Below, in pieces: positions 1-10,187 of a stretch of DNA of 64,000 bases. The stretch lies in IMG/VR virus record IMGVR_UViG_3300045988_102364; one strand, written 5' to 3'. The translations under genes and the position numbers were made by a program. The DNA comes from a virus. The notes under the pieces are model-generated. The model was not told the origin of the DNA, did not search any database, and saw only the letters and a list, made by a program, of their open reading frames with translations. The stretch's first letter is position 1. Every line of letters begins with the position of its first letter.

Positions 1-29
1 TACATATCGCTTGTATCGAAATATAAAAA

Positions 30-545
30 GTGGAAAAGAAATTGTACGTCTGCGAAAAATGCGGACGAAAAGTAATGATAAGAAGTCATGGCTTATGCCA
101 GGCTTGCAGGAGCAAAGAGTTGACTCCGAAGAAAAAAGACAGAATTACATCCATTAAAAACAGCAGCAAGAAGAAAAAGTTAGAGAACCCGGATTTATCC
201 GGGTTTTTTCGTCTTATGTTGGAGGAGTTGAGTACTATTCGAATGTCTATGACCGGTAAGGCTATTCATTTTCCTACAGTATGTAACGTATGTCACATAC
301 TTCCGAAAAGGATATATAAGTCGGTTGCTACTTGCAGGGATAATATAGTTTTCCTTCATGAATCGGAGCATACGGTATTCGACATGTATCTTGACCGGAT
401 GGAATTTGATAAACTTGAAACAGAATTTCCTTTTGTGTGGAAGTATGCGGTAAAGAAGGTACTGGATATGGAAAGCAGGGGAATGATTAAAGAAAGAGGT
501 AGATTAATTATTGAAATAATTGACAGATATGAGAAAACTTTATAA
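30..545 (+). CDS. hypothetical protein with N-terminal CxxC..CxxC zinc ribbon
   Basis: 171-aa ORF; N-terminus CEKCGRK...CQAC resembles a zinc ribbon; no other recognisable motif. Confidence 0.35.
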   Translation: MEKKLYVCEKCGRKVMIRSHGLCQACRSKELTPKKKDRITSIKNSSKKKKLENPDLSGFFRLMLEELSTIRMSMTGKAIHFPTVCNVCHILPKRIYKSVATCRDNIVFLHESEHTVFDMYLDRMEFDKLETEFPFVWKYAVKKVLDMESRGMIKERGRLIIEIIDRYEKTL

Positions 546-701
546 AATAAGAATAGAAGCTGACGATGAAACTATCTTTTATGCTCACATACGAAGAGAG
601 AGTTATGGCAAGGATATAGCTATCGCAGTGAAAGATAGAGATAAAGATGAAGTGGAAACAGTGTTACATTGTATTAAAGAAGAATTGATTAGAGGAAGAT
701 C

Positions 702-2018
702 ATGAAAGAGAAAATAAAAATATTGACAGATTTAGGGTTTGCGCCTATGGTAGAAGGAGAAGGAAATACGTTGTTTAGAATGAACGATGTTGTGATGTCG
801 GTGTCAGATCCTAACCAAACACCAGAGCAGTTGAAGAAGGAGGTTATGTCTTTAATAAAGAACAGAGACATAGCGGAAAGAGGTGGACAGGTTCCAGTAG
901 TTGAAGAGCCGGCGCCTGAGCCAGAGCAGGCCCAGAAGGAGGAACCGGAAGCTCCGGCGGAGGAAGCCGCTCCTAACCCTGGAGAAGAGGATTCGAATCC
1001 GTTTACAGAAAATCAGGAAACGTTAGAGCCGTTTTATATCTGTGATGAGTTAAAGAAGATCGAGACTCCCAAATTCGTAAGATTGACATTAGACGGTAAT
1101 CGTTTTTATGTAAGAAAGATGGACGATGGGACAGCCAAGATATATGCTTCGGTAACAACCATGATCAGAGACGGATTCGTAGATGACAAGACGGCTCTTC
1201 AAGAATGGAGACAGGAGATGAGGATGATTGGTCGCAATCCGGAAGAAGTATCAGAATATGATGCAGATAAAGGAACGATCATGCACTACCTATACGGATT
1301 GTACTTGACAGGTAGAGATATGGTCTTAAATCGAAGTTTTATAGTTAAGACAGTGCAAGAAGGCAAGCTTAAGATATCGAAAAAGAATCTTGACAAATTC
1401 TTTGGTAGCATAGATGATCTTGACGATATGATTGTTAGGGTTATGAAGTTTGCTAAATTTTGTTCGGAGTATAAGGTTAAGCCGATGATGATTGAAAGAA
1501 TATTATCATTAGAAGATTATTTGGTAGCTACGCCGATAGATGCGATGGTTAAAATGACATTCAAATACAAAGAAGAAGGTTATTTTGGAGCCGTGTATCA
1601 AAGGGCTACGGGGCAGTTCAAAAAAGGAGATCCGAAGAAGGAAGTGAGAGAAGTGGAGAAAGAAGAGATTGTTATCTTAGATTTTAAATCAGGTGACATA
1701 CGAAATGAACATGCTTTTCAATTGGAGGCTGAAAGGAGAATGGTTAAAAATTGGTACGGAATTGATGCACGTATTATGAATTTTTCTCCAAAAAGCACGA
1801 ACAGTAAAGGTTATACGCTAAAAGAATGGTCTGATAAAAATGCTGCTATGGAGAAGGCAGACTGTGTGTTCCAACAAGGTATGTTGAATCACCTTAGAAA
1901 AGATAAGAAGTTTAAAGTGAGAAAAGGAGTGCTGAATATCAATAAGCCGTACAATGAAGAGGATCATATTGTCGTATATGATATTGCTGAGGAAATGTCT
2001 AAAAGATTCATAATATGA
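702..2018 (+). CDS. PD-(D/E)xK-family nuclease-like protein with acidic Pro/Glu-rich linker
   Basis: 438 aa; VILDFKSGD...EHAFQLE resembles the D-x-K / E motifs of PD-(D/E)xK (PDDEXK_1-type) nucleases; low-complexity PEPEQAQKEEPEAPAEEAAP segment. Confidence 0.4.
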   Translation: MKEKIKILTDLGFAPMVEGEGNTLFRMNDVVMSVSDPNQTPEQLKKEVMSLIKNRDIAERGGQVPVVEEPAPEPEQAQKEEPEAPAEEAAPNPGEEDSNPFTENQETLEPFYICDELKKIETPKFVRLTLDGNRFYVRKMDDGTAKIYASVTTMIRDGFVDDKTALQEWRQEMRMIGRNPEEVSEYDADKGTIMHYLYGLYLTGRDMVLNRSFIVKTVQEGKLKISKKNLDKFFGSIDDLDDMIVRVMKFAKFCSEYKVKPMMIERILSLEDYLVATPIDAMVKMTFKYKEEGYFGAVYQRATGQFKKGDPKKEVREVEKEEIVILDFKSGDIRNEHAFQLEAERRMVKNWYGIDARIMNFSPKSTNSKGYTLKEWSDKNAAMEKADCVFQQGMLNHLRKDKKFKVRKGVLNINKPYNEEDHIVVYDIAEEMSKRFII

Positions 2019-2248
2019 GTGATATTGTTATTCCTAAAGGAGATTATGTGGAAATCGTAAAACCGATATGTATCAATCCTTTTGGTAATTGTTTTATTAA
2101 CATCAAAAGGGGTTCAAGATTAAGATTATCGAAAGATTTGAAAATAGGGGATAAGTATGCAATATGCATACTCACATCTTACGAGAAATATGGCAAGACT
2201 GTTAATGTGACAATGCCTATACTGGTTAGAAACACAAGAATAGTATGA
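2015..2248 (+). CDS. hypothetical protein
   Basis: 77-aa ORF translationally coupled (overlapping stop/start) in plus-strand operon. Confidence 0.25.
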   Translation: MSDIVIPKGDYVEIVKPICINPFGNCFINIKRGSRLRLSKDLKIGDKYAICILTSYEKYGKTVNVTMPILVRNTRIV

Positions 2249-2595
2249 AAAGAAAAATTAGAAGAACCGGGGAGATAATAGACGTAATCACCTTCAGTGG
2301 TTCAACTATAAGAAGCGACTATGACCAAATACAATTCTATGACAGCAACGGAAGTGTGATAAATGAGAGTTTAAATTATTATCTCGATACCCTTCCTGTG
2401 GATGATGAGAACAAAGATGTAGACTGGGAACAACGTAGATTCGATCTTGTTAAGGCTTATTCTATTGAGTTCATTAAAATGCAAGATAGAAAAGGAGAAA
2501 TAGATTGCGGAGTATATATACCAGATGTGGTGTCATGGTCTATAACTATAGCGGATAGAATCATAGAAGCAATGAGAGGAGTTAAAAATGCTTGA
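2245..2595 (+). CDS. hypothetical protein
   Basis: 116-aa ORF overlapping neighbours by 4 nt. Confidence 0.25.
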   Translation: MKRKIRRTGEIIDVITFSGSTIRSDYDQIQFYDSNGSVINESLNYYLDTLPVDDENKDVDWEQRRFDLVKAYSIEFIKMQDRKGEIDCGVYIPDVVSWSITIADRIIEAMRGVKNA

Positions 2596-3601
2596 TTTCA
2601 GAAGATACGAAAACGTACCCCGGTTTCAACTTGACCGCAGGCCCGGAAGGAGCCGGCTGAAGCTAACCTGCCCGGCTTGCGGAAAAAGCCGGTGCCTCAC
2701 TCCTTATATTGATGTGGCAACAGGTCAGGTTGTTGGCAACGAGTTCGGAAGATGCGATCATGAACGGACTTGCGGTTACGATAAACGACCTACTGGTAAG
2801 GATGTAGGTGACAAAGATCTTTGGATTTCGGGAAACAAGTGTATAAGAGCTTATCGTCCTCCTGTAAATCCTGACGTTGTAAATTACATACCTTTTAGCG
2901 AGTTTGAGAGGACTGTGGTTCCAGACGACAGAAACACCGTATTTAGATTTTTATCGTCTCTATGGGGAAAAGAAAGGGTATCTGATGTATTCAGGAGGTA
3001 TCATGTCGGAACAATGGACTTATGGGGATGGAAAGGGTGTTGTATATTCTGGCAGATAGACAAAGATTTTGTATGTAGAACCGGCAAGATCATGGACTTT
3101 TATATAAAGACCGACAGCCAGGGGAATGAGATTGATGTAAAAAGAGTGAAGGAAAAAGACGGTGACAATGAGCGACCTCATGTCATGTTTTATCACTCGT
3201 TGCATGCAAGAGACTTCTTGTTTAGACAATGCCTGTTCGGAGAGCATCTTTTAAGCCAGTATCCGGATAAGGTAGTTAATTTGGTGGAGTCAGAGAAGAC
3301 GGCTATTATATGCGCCGTGAATAAACCGGATGAGTTATTTGTAGCTACCGGTGGGTTGCAGAACTTAAGACCGGAAGTGATAGATGTTTTAAAAGATAGA
3401 AAGACTGTAGCTTTTCCGGACAAAGGACAAGCATTTGACACATGGAGTAAAAAGATAGATGGGATGATGATGAAGTCAAGGATAAAAGTATCGGACTATC
3501 TTCAGAGTGTTGAGAATGTAGGGGACGGAGATGATGTGGCAGATTTGATAATTAATAACAAAGTAAAAGAGAAATATTATGAGCCTGGACGTTTATATTA
3601 A
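2588..3601 (+). CDS. putative DNA primase (Cys-rich Zn-binding N-terminus plus Toprim-like core)
   Basis: CPACGKSRC...CDHERTCGYD cysteine cluster; VVNLVESEKTAIICAV and VAFPDKGQAFD resemble Toprim E and D motifs; lies next to helicase genes. Confidence 0.35.
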   Translation: MLDFRRYENVPRFQLDRRPGRSRLKLTCPACGKSRCLTPYIDVATGQVVGNEFGRCDHERTCGYDKRPTGKDVGDKDLWISGNKCIRAYRPPVNPDVVNYIPFSEFERTVVPDDRNTVFRFLSSLWGKERVSDVFRRYHVGTMDLWGWKGCCIFWQIDKDFVCRTGKIMDFYIKTDSQGNEIDVKRVKEKDGDNERPHVMFYHSLHARDFLFRQCLFGEHLLSQYPDKVVNLVESEKTAIICAVNKPDELFVATGGLQNLRPEVIDVLKDRKTVAFPDKGQAFDTWSKKIDGMMMKSRIKVSDYLQSVENVGDGDDVADLIINNKVKEKYYEPGRLY

Positions 3602-3932
3602 GAGCAAGAAGAAAGAAGAGGATCGTAAATGGGTTGCAAACATCACCCACAACATGAACAAGATGGCACAAAAAATATTCGTATCAGAAAACAAAGAAAC
3701 ACTATACGATTATGTTTGGAGACCGGAAGAATTGGGCAGGGAAATAGATACTAAGGAGATGGTGAAGATACTCACAAAAGGTATATATATTATGATCTCC
3801 AAGAGAAAGAGTCTTTTGAGATACGAACCAGAAAACGGATGGGGGTCTTATGATTCATTTCTTAAGTTTCTTATCGAATACAAAGAGGCATGTGAAGATA
3901 ATCCAGGGTGTGTAATTGAAGCAAGCAGATAA
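3579..3932 (+). CDS. hypothetical protein
   Basis: 117-aa ORF in operon. Confidence 0.25.
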   Translation: MSLDVYIKSKKKEEDRKWVANITHNMNKMAQKIFVSENKETLYDYVWRPEELGREIDTKEMVKILTKGIYIMISKRKSLLRYEPENGWGSYDSFLKFLIEYKEACEDNPGCVIEASR

Positions 3933-4191
3933 TATGGAAAATTACAAAAACACTTTAAATGAGGTAGTGGTGATCGAATCGTCACCAGAAACGTATTTTG
4001 TTTACGCTATTCGTAATGCTATTCGTATCTCTAAATGTGCATATCCGACAGCCAAGAAAGTAATTTTCAAAAGAGAGGACGTAGAGGTAGAGATTTCGGA
4101 AATGGAAACTGAAAGCAGTTTGTATGAAAAGTTTAAAGAAAAACAAAAGAATAGGGTATGGAACTTAATGAGCGCCAACAACGGGTTTTAA
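3916..4191 (+). CDS. hypothetical protein
   Basis: 91-aa ORF in operon. Confidence 0.25.
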   Translation: MKQADNMENYKNTLNEVVVIESSPETYFVYAIRNAIRISKCAYPTAKKVIFKREDVEVEISEMETESSLYEKFKEKQKNRVWNLMSANNGF

Positions 4192-4724
4192 GAGGCGAAA
4201 TTTGTCCTTATTGCGGAAAAGAAACCGAGCTGGTCAATGCCGATAAAATATATAACAGAAAAGGATTAGGGATGGTTATGATGTGTAAACCATGCAATGC
4301 TTATGTCGGTGTTCATGAATCAGGGCCGAATAAGGGAAAAGCTAAAGGCCGGCTTGCGGGGCCATCACTGAGGACTCTTAAGATAAGAGTCCATGCCGAA
4401 CTTGACAGACTATGGTCTACGCCGGAGGAACGGGAAAGGATGTATAAAGATTTATCCGAATTTCTCTCTATACCGGAAGAGTACACACATATAGGTATGT
4501 TCGGAGAGAAGACGATGGGGAAAATCTTTCAGTTCTGTCATGTAAACAAAGAGCGATCAGGTTCGAGAATAGAATGGCATAAGCCTGGAGATAAGTGCCC
4601 TAACAAAAACAATCAAATAGTGTCAGGCAGTAGCGCATGCAGAGGATGTCCTGAGTATCTTCATGATGAGAAAGACGGGTATGTCTGGTGTGATCCCGAC
4701 ATGAGCTACGGTAGGTTGAAATAG
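4158..4724 (+). CDS. zinc-finger domain protein (DUF3268-like)
   Basis: CPYCGKETELV...CKPCNAYVGVH pattern typical of phage zinc-finger-containing domain proteins. Confidence 0.4.
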   Translation: MELNERQQRVLRGEICPYCGKETELVNADKIYNRKGLGMVMMCKPCNAYVGVHESGPNKGKAKGRLAGPSLRTLKIRVHAELDRLWSTPEERERMYKDLSEFLSIPEEYTHIGMFGEKTMGKIFQFCHVNKERSGSRIEWHKPGDKCPNKNNQIVSGSSACRGCPEYLHDEKDGYVWCDPDMSYGRLK

Positions 4725-4775
4725 GGCGCGAATTGCCTATCTTTGTGCTATTATTAATCAAAAAAATATAAGCAC

Positions 4776-5054
4776 ATGGGCAGATCAACAGAGTACTACA
4801 GGACTCATCCCGAAGCCAGGAAGAAAAAGGCTAAAAAGGACAAGGAGATAAATGCCAGACCGGAACAGAAAGCCAAACGCCGAGAGCTTGGTCGTAAAAA
4901 CTACGAAACGGACAAGAAGAAGGGTAAGGGCTGGAGAAAAGGAAAGGATTGTTCTCATACCAAGAACGGTCTTAGGTATAAATCAGTAAAAGCTAATAGG
5001 GGATCCAAATCGGATACAAAAGGTGACAAAAATGCACGAGGAGATAGCAAATAG
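4776..5054 (+). CDS. highly basic Lys/Arg-rich small protein (possible nucleic-acid binding)
   Basis: 92 aa, about 40% K/R, low complexity. Confidence 0.3.
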   Translation: MGRSTEYYRTHPEARKKKAKKDKEINARPEQKAKRRELGRKNYETDKKKGKGWRKGKDCSHTKNGLRYKSVKANRGSKSDTKGDKNARGDSK

Positions 5055-6156
5055 GATAGATATAAGAAGGATATTCAAGACCTCTAAACAGGTTATGGAA
5101 GAGGCGTATGAGAATATCTTGAAATACAGGCGGGGAGAGCTTATCCCCGCTAAAACCGGATACGATTATATTGATGAGGCTTTGCTTGGAGGTATTTTTC
5201 CTCAGCATGCTATTGCCATAGGAGCCCGCCCGTCTGTAGGTAAATCGTATGTGGCCCAAAAGATATTGGAAAATGTGATGAATCCGATGATTAACCCGCA
5301 AGCAGAAGATTATTTTCTTGTCAATTGCGAGTTCGAAATGAATCCTCAAGATCTTCTTCTTCGCAGAATGAGCCAGGATATGAAAAAACGGGCTCCTGAA
5401 ATATTAAGAAGGCAAGATTCTAATACAGTAGAAGAGATGAGGATGTTTGAAATCCTTCAAGGTGAAATCAGAAATAATATAATATACATCGATGCTCCGT
5501 GTACGGTAAAAGAGTTTGAGGCGGCTGTGTATCATATAGCGACCAAACACAAAGACAAACGTCTTATAATATTTAAAGTCGATCATATTGCTTTGATAAA
5601 AAGAATGGGATTGGATCCTAAGTCGGCTATAGATGATTTGGTGGCGGTTATGAACGAGGCTAAATTAGTATATAAAAACATATTTTTCCTCATCATATCC
5701 CAATTCAACAGAGAGATAGAAGGAAGGATAAAAAGCCCCCAAGAGCAGCCTCCCCGTCTTTCTGACTTTTATCAGTCTGATACGCTGGGTCAGTTATGTA
5801 CGTTAATGATAGGTTTGCATAATCCTCGTAGATACGGGCTGGATAAGTATATGATATTTGGGAAAGATTGGTATCAGACTCTTGATAGGTTTAAAACCGA
5901 AAACAAAACATCATTCAGGACAGCCGGACTGGTGTTTCATCATATACTGAAGGTAAGGCAAGTTAGTATGGAAGAGCTTACTAATACAATCCACCCAGAG
6001 ATCCTGCCGGGGCATGGATGGATGTACGGGGAGGGCGGGACGAAGTTCGTGAACCCCAACCAGCCGCCGACGCCGCCCAAGCTCTATACTGTGGAAGACG
6101 TTACGGACAATCAGGAACAAGAACAAGAGGTAAAGGAAGAACAGTCATTGTATTAA
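5023..6156 (+). CDS. DnaB-like replicative helicase / RecA-fold ATPase
   Basis: Walker A IAIGARPSVGKSY matches the DnaB-type GARPxMGKT; Walker B-like IIFKVDHIALI; 377 aa. Confidence 0.6.
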   Translation: MTKMHEEIANRIDIRRIFKTSKQVMEEAYENILKYRRGELIPAKTGYDYIDEALLGGIFPQHAIAIGARPSVGKSYVAQKILENVMNPMINPQAEDYFLVNCEFEMNPQDLLLRRMSQDMKKRAPEILRRQDSNTVEEMRMFEILQGEIRNNIIYIDAPCTVKEFEAAVYHIATKHKDKRLIIFKVDHIALIKRMGLDPKSAIDDLVAVMNEAKLVYKNIFFLIISQFNREIEGRIKSPQEQPPRLSDFYQSDTLGQLCTLMIGLHNPRRYGLDKYMIFGKDWYQTLDRFKTENKTSFRTAGLVFHHILKVRQVSMEELTNTIHPEILPGHGWMYGEGGTKFVNPNQPPTPPKLYTVEDVTDNQEQEQEVKEEQSLY

Positions 6157-6171
6157 AAAAAAATAAGAACC

Positions 6172-6774
6172 ATGAGACTAACAGTAGAAGAAAACGAATA
6201 CCTGATAAGTAAGTTCCTTTTGGTTCTTACTGAATTTGCAGGGGATGAAAGAGAGATGTTTTTAATCAACTCCATACATGATAAGGCGGTGGCGGATATG
6301 AATTATCGTCTTCCGTCTTTAATAAGCAGAGAACGCAAAAGACGAGTCATTGAGCTCCTTAAAGAAGGAACCAGAATAATCAAGGACTTTTCCGGCTATG
6401 CAGGTGATATGGGTATGATTAACGAATACGATCGTCTAAAGAAAGAAATAGGAACCGTCCAAGACCAGCTTGGTGACGTAGAAGGTCAACTTCGGGCAGC
6501 AGGAGAAGTTATTAAAAAAGAACTTGATATGATTGCTGACCGAATCAAAGAAGATCTTCTTGACCGAGAGCTGGCTAAAAGTAATGCCGAGGCCGAAAGA
6601 AAAGCCAAAGTGGATCCGAGATACGAAGTAGCTTTAGGTGATTACAAGGAGATGCTGGAAGTGATTTTTACAACCAGAAACAAGTATTCTACGGTAGATT
6701 CTGTACATGACGATCTTCGTCAGTCGGTGTCTACCGGTAGAAATTCGATTATCAAAGAAGGGTACAACAGTTAA
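6172..6774 (+). CDS. hypothetical coiled-coil protein
   Basis: 200 aa with charged heptad-like segments. Confidence 0.3.
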   Translation: MRLTVEENEYLISKFLLVLTEFAGDEREMFLINSIHDKAVADMNYRLPSLISRERKRRVIELLKEGTRIIKDFSGYAGDMGMINEYDRLKKEIGTVQDQLGDVEGQLRAAGEVIKKELDMIADRIKEDLLDRELAKSNAEAERKAKVDPRYEVALGDYKEMLEVIFTTRNKYSTVDSVHDDLRQSVSTGRNSIIKEGYNS

Positions 6775-6789
6775 AAACAAGGAGGAAAT

Positions 6790-6999
6790 ATGGAAAAGAA
6801 GGAATTTAAAGTAGGAGAAGTGTTTGATGCCGGACTTGTGAGATTAAAATGCGTGGAACCTACGGCACCAGATGCAGGATGTGAAGGATGTATATTTAAC
6901 GACCACATTACATGCGGGTCGGTAGATGTAGTCGCAGGCCCGTGTAGTCACGCGGAGAGGGAGGACAACAAGAATGTTATTTTTATTAAAGCTGATTAG
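6790..6999 (+). CDS. small Cys-rich hypothetical protein
   Basis: 69 aa; preceded by strong AGGAGG Shine-Dalgarno at 6779-6784. Confidence 0.3.
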   Translation: MEKKEFKVGEVFDAGLVRLKCVEPTAPDAGCEGCIFNDHITCGSVDVVAGPCSHAEREDNKNVIFIKAD

Positions 7000-7001
7000 G
7001 C

Positions 7002-7715
7002 ATGTACATCAATTTCAGACAACTTGCAGCATCAGACATGACGCCTAATGATCTTGCTAATCTTCTTGCCATAAGACAGAAGGATACGGTTATGATCGAA
7101 GCCATGCCGGAAGAAGACGCTGGAAGATATATAGAGCTTGGCCTGGTTGAGAAATTAAAATCAGGCGTGATGAGATTAACCAACAAAGGAACGTCTTTTA
7201 TGAATTATATAGAGACACCGGAGATGACAGACGAGGTTCTGGAAACGTTGAAGATTATGATAGGAATGTACGAATCATATTCAAAAGACATAGGTGTCAG
7301 TAGAAAAGAGGCGGAATCCAGATTGTGTTGGTTTATGGGTAACACCTCATTTAAGAAAGAAGTCATACTTCAAGTAACGGAATCTTATATAGCAGAGTCA
7401 GGAGATTACACAATGAGCTTATGTAACTTCATATGGAAACCGCCTTCTCAGGCTTTTTCAGTCCATATGAACCTTAAAAACTCAAAGCTCTTTGACCTAA
7501 TAGCTGAAAAATTTAAGATCGCTACCGAGCCTTATTTGGAGCCTAAGAAGAATAAGGAAATGGATTGGTTGTTTGCCGTATCTAAATTGCCTACGCCGCC
7601 GGCTAAAGGCAATCCGGATTATTTGTTTACCGGAAGTTCGGAAACAGACAAAGAACGATTGAAAAATATAAAAACGTATTTATTTAACAAAATTAGAAAG
7701 CAATGGAAAAAGTAA
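7002..7715 (+). CDS. hypothetical protein
   Basis: 237-aa ORF immediately upstream of the ACP gene. Confidence 0.3.
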   Translation: MYINFRQLAASDMTPNDLANLLAIRQKDTVMIEAMPEEDAGRYIELGLVEKLKSGVMRLTNKGTSFMNYIETPEMTDEVLETLKIMIGMYESYSKDIGVSRKEAESRLCWFMGNTSFKKEVILQVTESYIAESGDYTMSLCNFIWKPPSQAFSVHMNLKNSKLFDLIAEKFKIATEPYLEPKKNKEMDWLFAVSKLPTPPAKGNPDYLFTGSSETDKERLKNIKTYLFNKIRKQWKK

Positions 7716-7954
7716 GAATTAGAAAGATAATAGAGGATATAATTATTACTCAGTTTCTTAATTCGGAAATGGATATAGTTCATGAAGAAGATGTGTCGTT
7801 TGAAGAACTTGGATTAGATTCTCTTGATCAAATTGAACTCGAGATGATGGTGGAACAAAAATTCAATATTGTTGTTAATGATGACAATATTAAATCCATC
7901 AAAGATATGACTGATCTTGTTTACAAAATAAAAACAGAAGGACATGGGAAATGA
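7703..7954 (+). CDS. acyl carrier protein
   Basis: 83 aa; FEELGLDSLDQIELEMMVEQKFNI matches the ACP phosphopantetheine-attachment DSL motif and helix II. Confidence 0.75.
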   Translation: MEKVRIRKIIEDIIITQFLNSEMDIVHEEDVSFEELGLDSLDQIELEMMVEQKFNIVVNDDNIKSIKDMTDLVYKIKTEGHGK

Positions 7955-8438
7955 TATAATTTTATGCATGGCTTTAATAGCATCATTTGCTTTTGTTATA
8001 CAGTTTTTATTGTCGATATTAGGATCTGATTTAGATACGGATATTGACATTGATAGCGCTTCTGATTTAAGTATGTCTTTGTCGGACATCATATCATTCA
8101 AGGGCATAACACATTTCATCCTTGGATATAGCTGGACTACCTACTTTTCGGGTTCTCATTTAGTAGGGGTTGTGATAGGGTCGTTTTTCTTTATCGTTTT
8201 GTTTTACGTATATAAATTACTTCTTAAGTTAAAACAAGAAATGGTGTACGAATGTCCGGAAGATTTAAATGGCAGAGAGGTGGAGATAGTATTTAGATCA
8301 GGTAAGAATCATTATATGGTAAATATTTCGAAAAATGGAAGACAGGAACAGATGAGAGTGAGGTGCTTGTCTGGAAAAAATTACAAAAACGGTGACAAGG
8401 TGAATATAAAATACGAAGAAGGAGAATTAAGTATCTAA
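7944..8438 (+). CDS. NfeD-like membrane protein (flotillin partner)
   Basis: Three hydrophobic segments followed by a C-terminal beta-rich domain (VEIVFRSGKNHYMVN...GDKVNIKYEEGEL); sits immediately upstream of flotillin as in yuaF-floT operons. Confidence 0.55.
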   Translation: MGNDIILCMALIASFAFVIQFLLSILGSDLDTDIDIDSASDLSMSLSDIISFKGITHFILGYSWTTYFSGSHLVGVVIGSFFFIVLFYVYKLLLKLKQEMVYECPEDLNGREVEIVFRSGKNHYMVNISKNGRQEQMRVRCLSGKNYKNGDKVNIKYEEGELSI

Positions 8439-8469
8439 TTTTTTTATCAACAATTAAATTTTAAAAGTT

Positions 8470-10170
8470 ATGACAACAATCATGTACGTGTCAGCTATTT
8501 TAGCTGTAGTGATTATTTTGACAATCATCGGAGTCTTATCAAGGTATCGTAGATGTAAACCTAATCAAGTCTTGGTCGTTTATGGTAAGACAGGTGGGGA
8601 AAAGAAATCGGCGAAATTATATCATGGTGGAGCGGCATTCGTCTTGCCTATTATTCAAAGCTATGATATTTTGTCTATGGAGCCTATGCAAATAGATTGT
8701 AGGCTCACCGGTGCTTTGTCGTCTCAAAATATCAGAGTGGATGTACCTACTACTATTACAGTAGCAATCAGCACAAATCCTGAAATTATGCAGAATGCAG
8801 CAGAAAGGCTTTTGGGGATGGATACTGAATCTACTGAAAATCTTATTACGGATATCGTTTATGGCCAAATGCGTTTGATCATTGCTGAAATGACGATTGA
8901 AAAACTTAATTCTGACAGGGATGAGTTTTTGGATAAGGCAAGAAAAAACATTGATAACGAACTTAATAAGTTAGGCCTTTACCTCCTAAATATCAACATC
9001 AGTGACATCAGAGACGAAGCCGGTTATATTATGAACCTTGGTAAGGAGGCTGAAAGTAAGGCCCTGAACGAAGCACAGGCTAATATCGAAGAACAGGAAA
9101 AGCTGGGTGCTATTAAGATTGCTGTACAGCAGAAGGAGAAAGAAACGGCTGTAGCTAATACCAAAAAAGAACAAGAGATTCAAATTGCTTGTACTGAAAA
9201 AGAAAAGGAAACGATAGTAGCTGAAACGAAGAAAGAAAAAGAAATAGCTTTAGCTTTAACCGATAAAGAGAAACAGATCGGTGTAGCTCAAGCAGATAGA
9301 GACAGGGCTGCGGTTATCGCAAAAACTTTAACCGACAAGGAATCGGCGATCGTAAGATCTAAGGCAGAACTTGAAGTAAATAAAGCCGAGGCTGAAAGGA
9401 TGGAAGAAGTCGGAAAGAATAAGGCTGAAGCTGACAAGGAAGCAGCTATAGCAATACAAGACTCTGAAGCTCAGATTAAGAAGGCTGAGGCTGAGAAAAA
9501 TGCGTCTATAGGATACAACAATGCCCAGAAGGAGGTTGCTGTATCAGAATCAGAGCTACAGGTTATCAAAGCTCAATCAGAAAAGAAAGCCGGAGAAGAG
9601 AGAGTTAAATCGGAAGCGGCTGTGAAAACGGCAAAAGAGCTTGCTGATAAAGAAGTGGAAGAAGCTAAAGCTAAGAAGGTTCAAGCTGCGCTTAAAGCTG
9701 AAAAGATTGTGCCGGCTGAAATTCAGAAGCAGGAGGCTATGTTGCAAGCTGATGCTGAAGCTGAGAAGATCAAACGTCGGGCTGATGCCGAAGCAGCAGC
9801 ACATTTGGCAAAAGCAGAAGCGGAAGCAAAAGCTATTCAGATGAAGCTGGAGGCAGAAGCCGAAGGTAAGAAAAAGTCGTTGATGGCAGAAGCCGACGGA
9901 TTTAAGGCTATGGTGGAAGCAGCAGAATCCAATCCTCAGATAGCCATCCAGTACAAGATGGTTAATCAGTGGAAAGAAATTGCTGGAGAACAGGTTAAAG
10001 CATTTGAGCACATTAATCTCGGAAATATCACGGTATTTGACGGCGGTCAGAACAGTACCGGTAATTTCCTTAACAATGTTGTCAAGACCGTCGCTCCGGC
10101 ATTGGGAGTCATTGATCAGCTTCCGATTGCAGATACTTTAAAGAAATTAAAAGGAGATGACAAAAAATAA
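8470..10170 (+). CDS. flotillin / SPFH (band 7) family protein
   Basis: N-terminal TM helix then SPFH core (QVLVVYGKTGG...NIRVDVPTTITVAIS...LITDIVYGQMRLIIAEMTIEKLNSDRDEF) followed by a long E/K/A-rich coiled coil, typical of FloT/YqiK. Confidence 0.85.
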   Translation: MTTIMYVSAILAVVIILTIIGVLSRYRRCKPNQVLVVYGKTGGEKKSAKLYHGGAAFVLPIIQSYDILSMEPMQIDCRLTGALSSQNIRVDVPTTITVAISTNPEIMQNAAERLLGMDTESTENLITDIVYGQMRLIIAEMTIEKLNSDRDEFLDKARKNIDNELNKLGLYLLNINISDIRDEAGYIMNLGKEAESKALNEAQANIEEQEKLGAIKIAVQQKEKETAVANTKKEQEIQIACTEKEKETIVAETKKEKEIALALTDKEKQIGVAQADRDRAAVIAKTLTDKESAIVRSKAELEVNKAEAERMEEVGKNKAEADKEAAIAIQDSEAQIKKAEAEKNASIGYNNAQKEVAVSESELQVIKAQSEKKAGEERVKSEAAVKTAKELADKEVEEAKAKKVQAALKAEKIVPAEIQKQEAMLQADAEAEKIKRRADAEAAAHLAKAEAEAKAIQMKLEAEAEGKKKSLMAEADGFKAMVEAAESNPQIAIQYKMVNQWKEIAGEQVKAFEHINLGNITVFDGGQNSTGNFLNNVVKTVAPALGVIDQLPIADTLKKLKGDDKK

Positions 10171-10187
10171 ATACAATGGCCCAAGGT

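Noticed and set aside
975-992. GGATTCGAATCC T-loop-like palindrome
   Set aside because: Lies inside a well-supported CDS (encodes EEDSNPF) with no accompanying D- or anticodon arms
9000-10011. Internal nucleotide repeats and extra ORFs 9577-10011 (-) and 9641-9844 (+)
   Set aside because: Produced by the repetitive E/K/A coiled-coil coding of the flotillin gene; not an independent repeat element or gene
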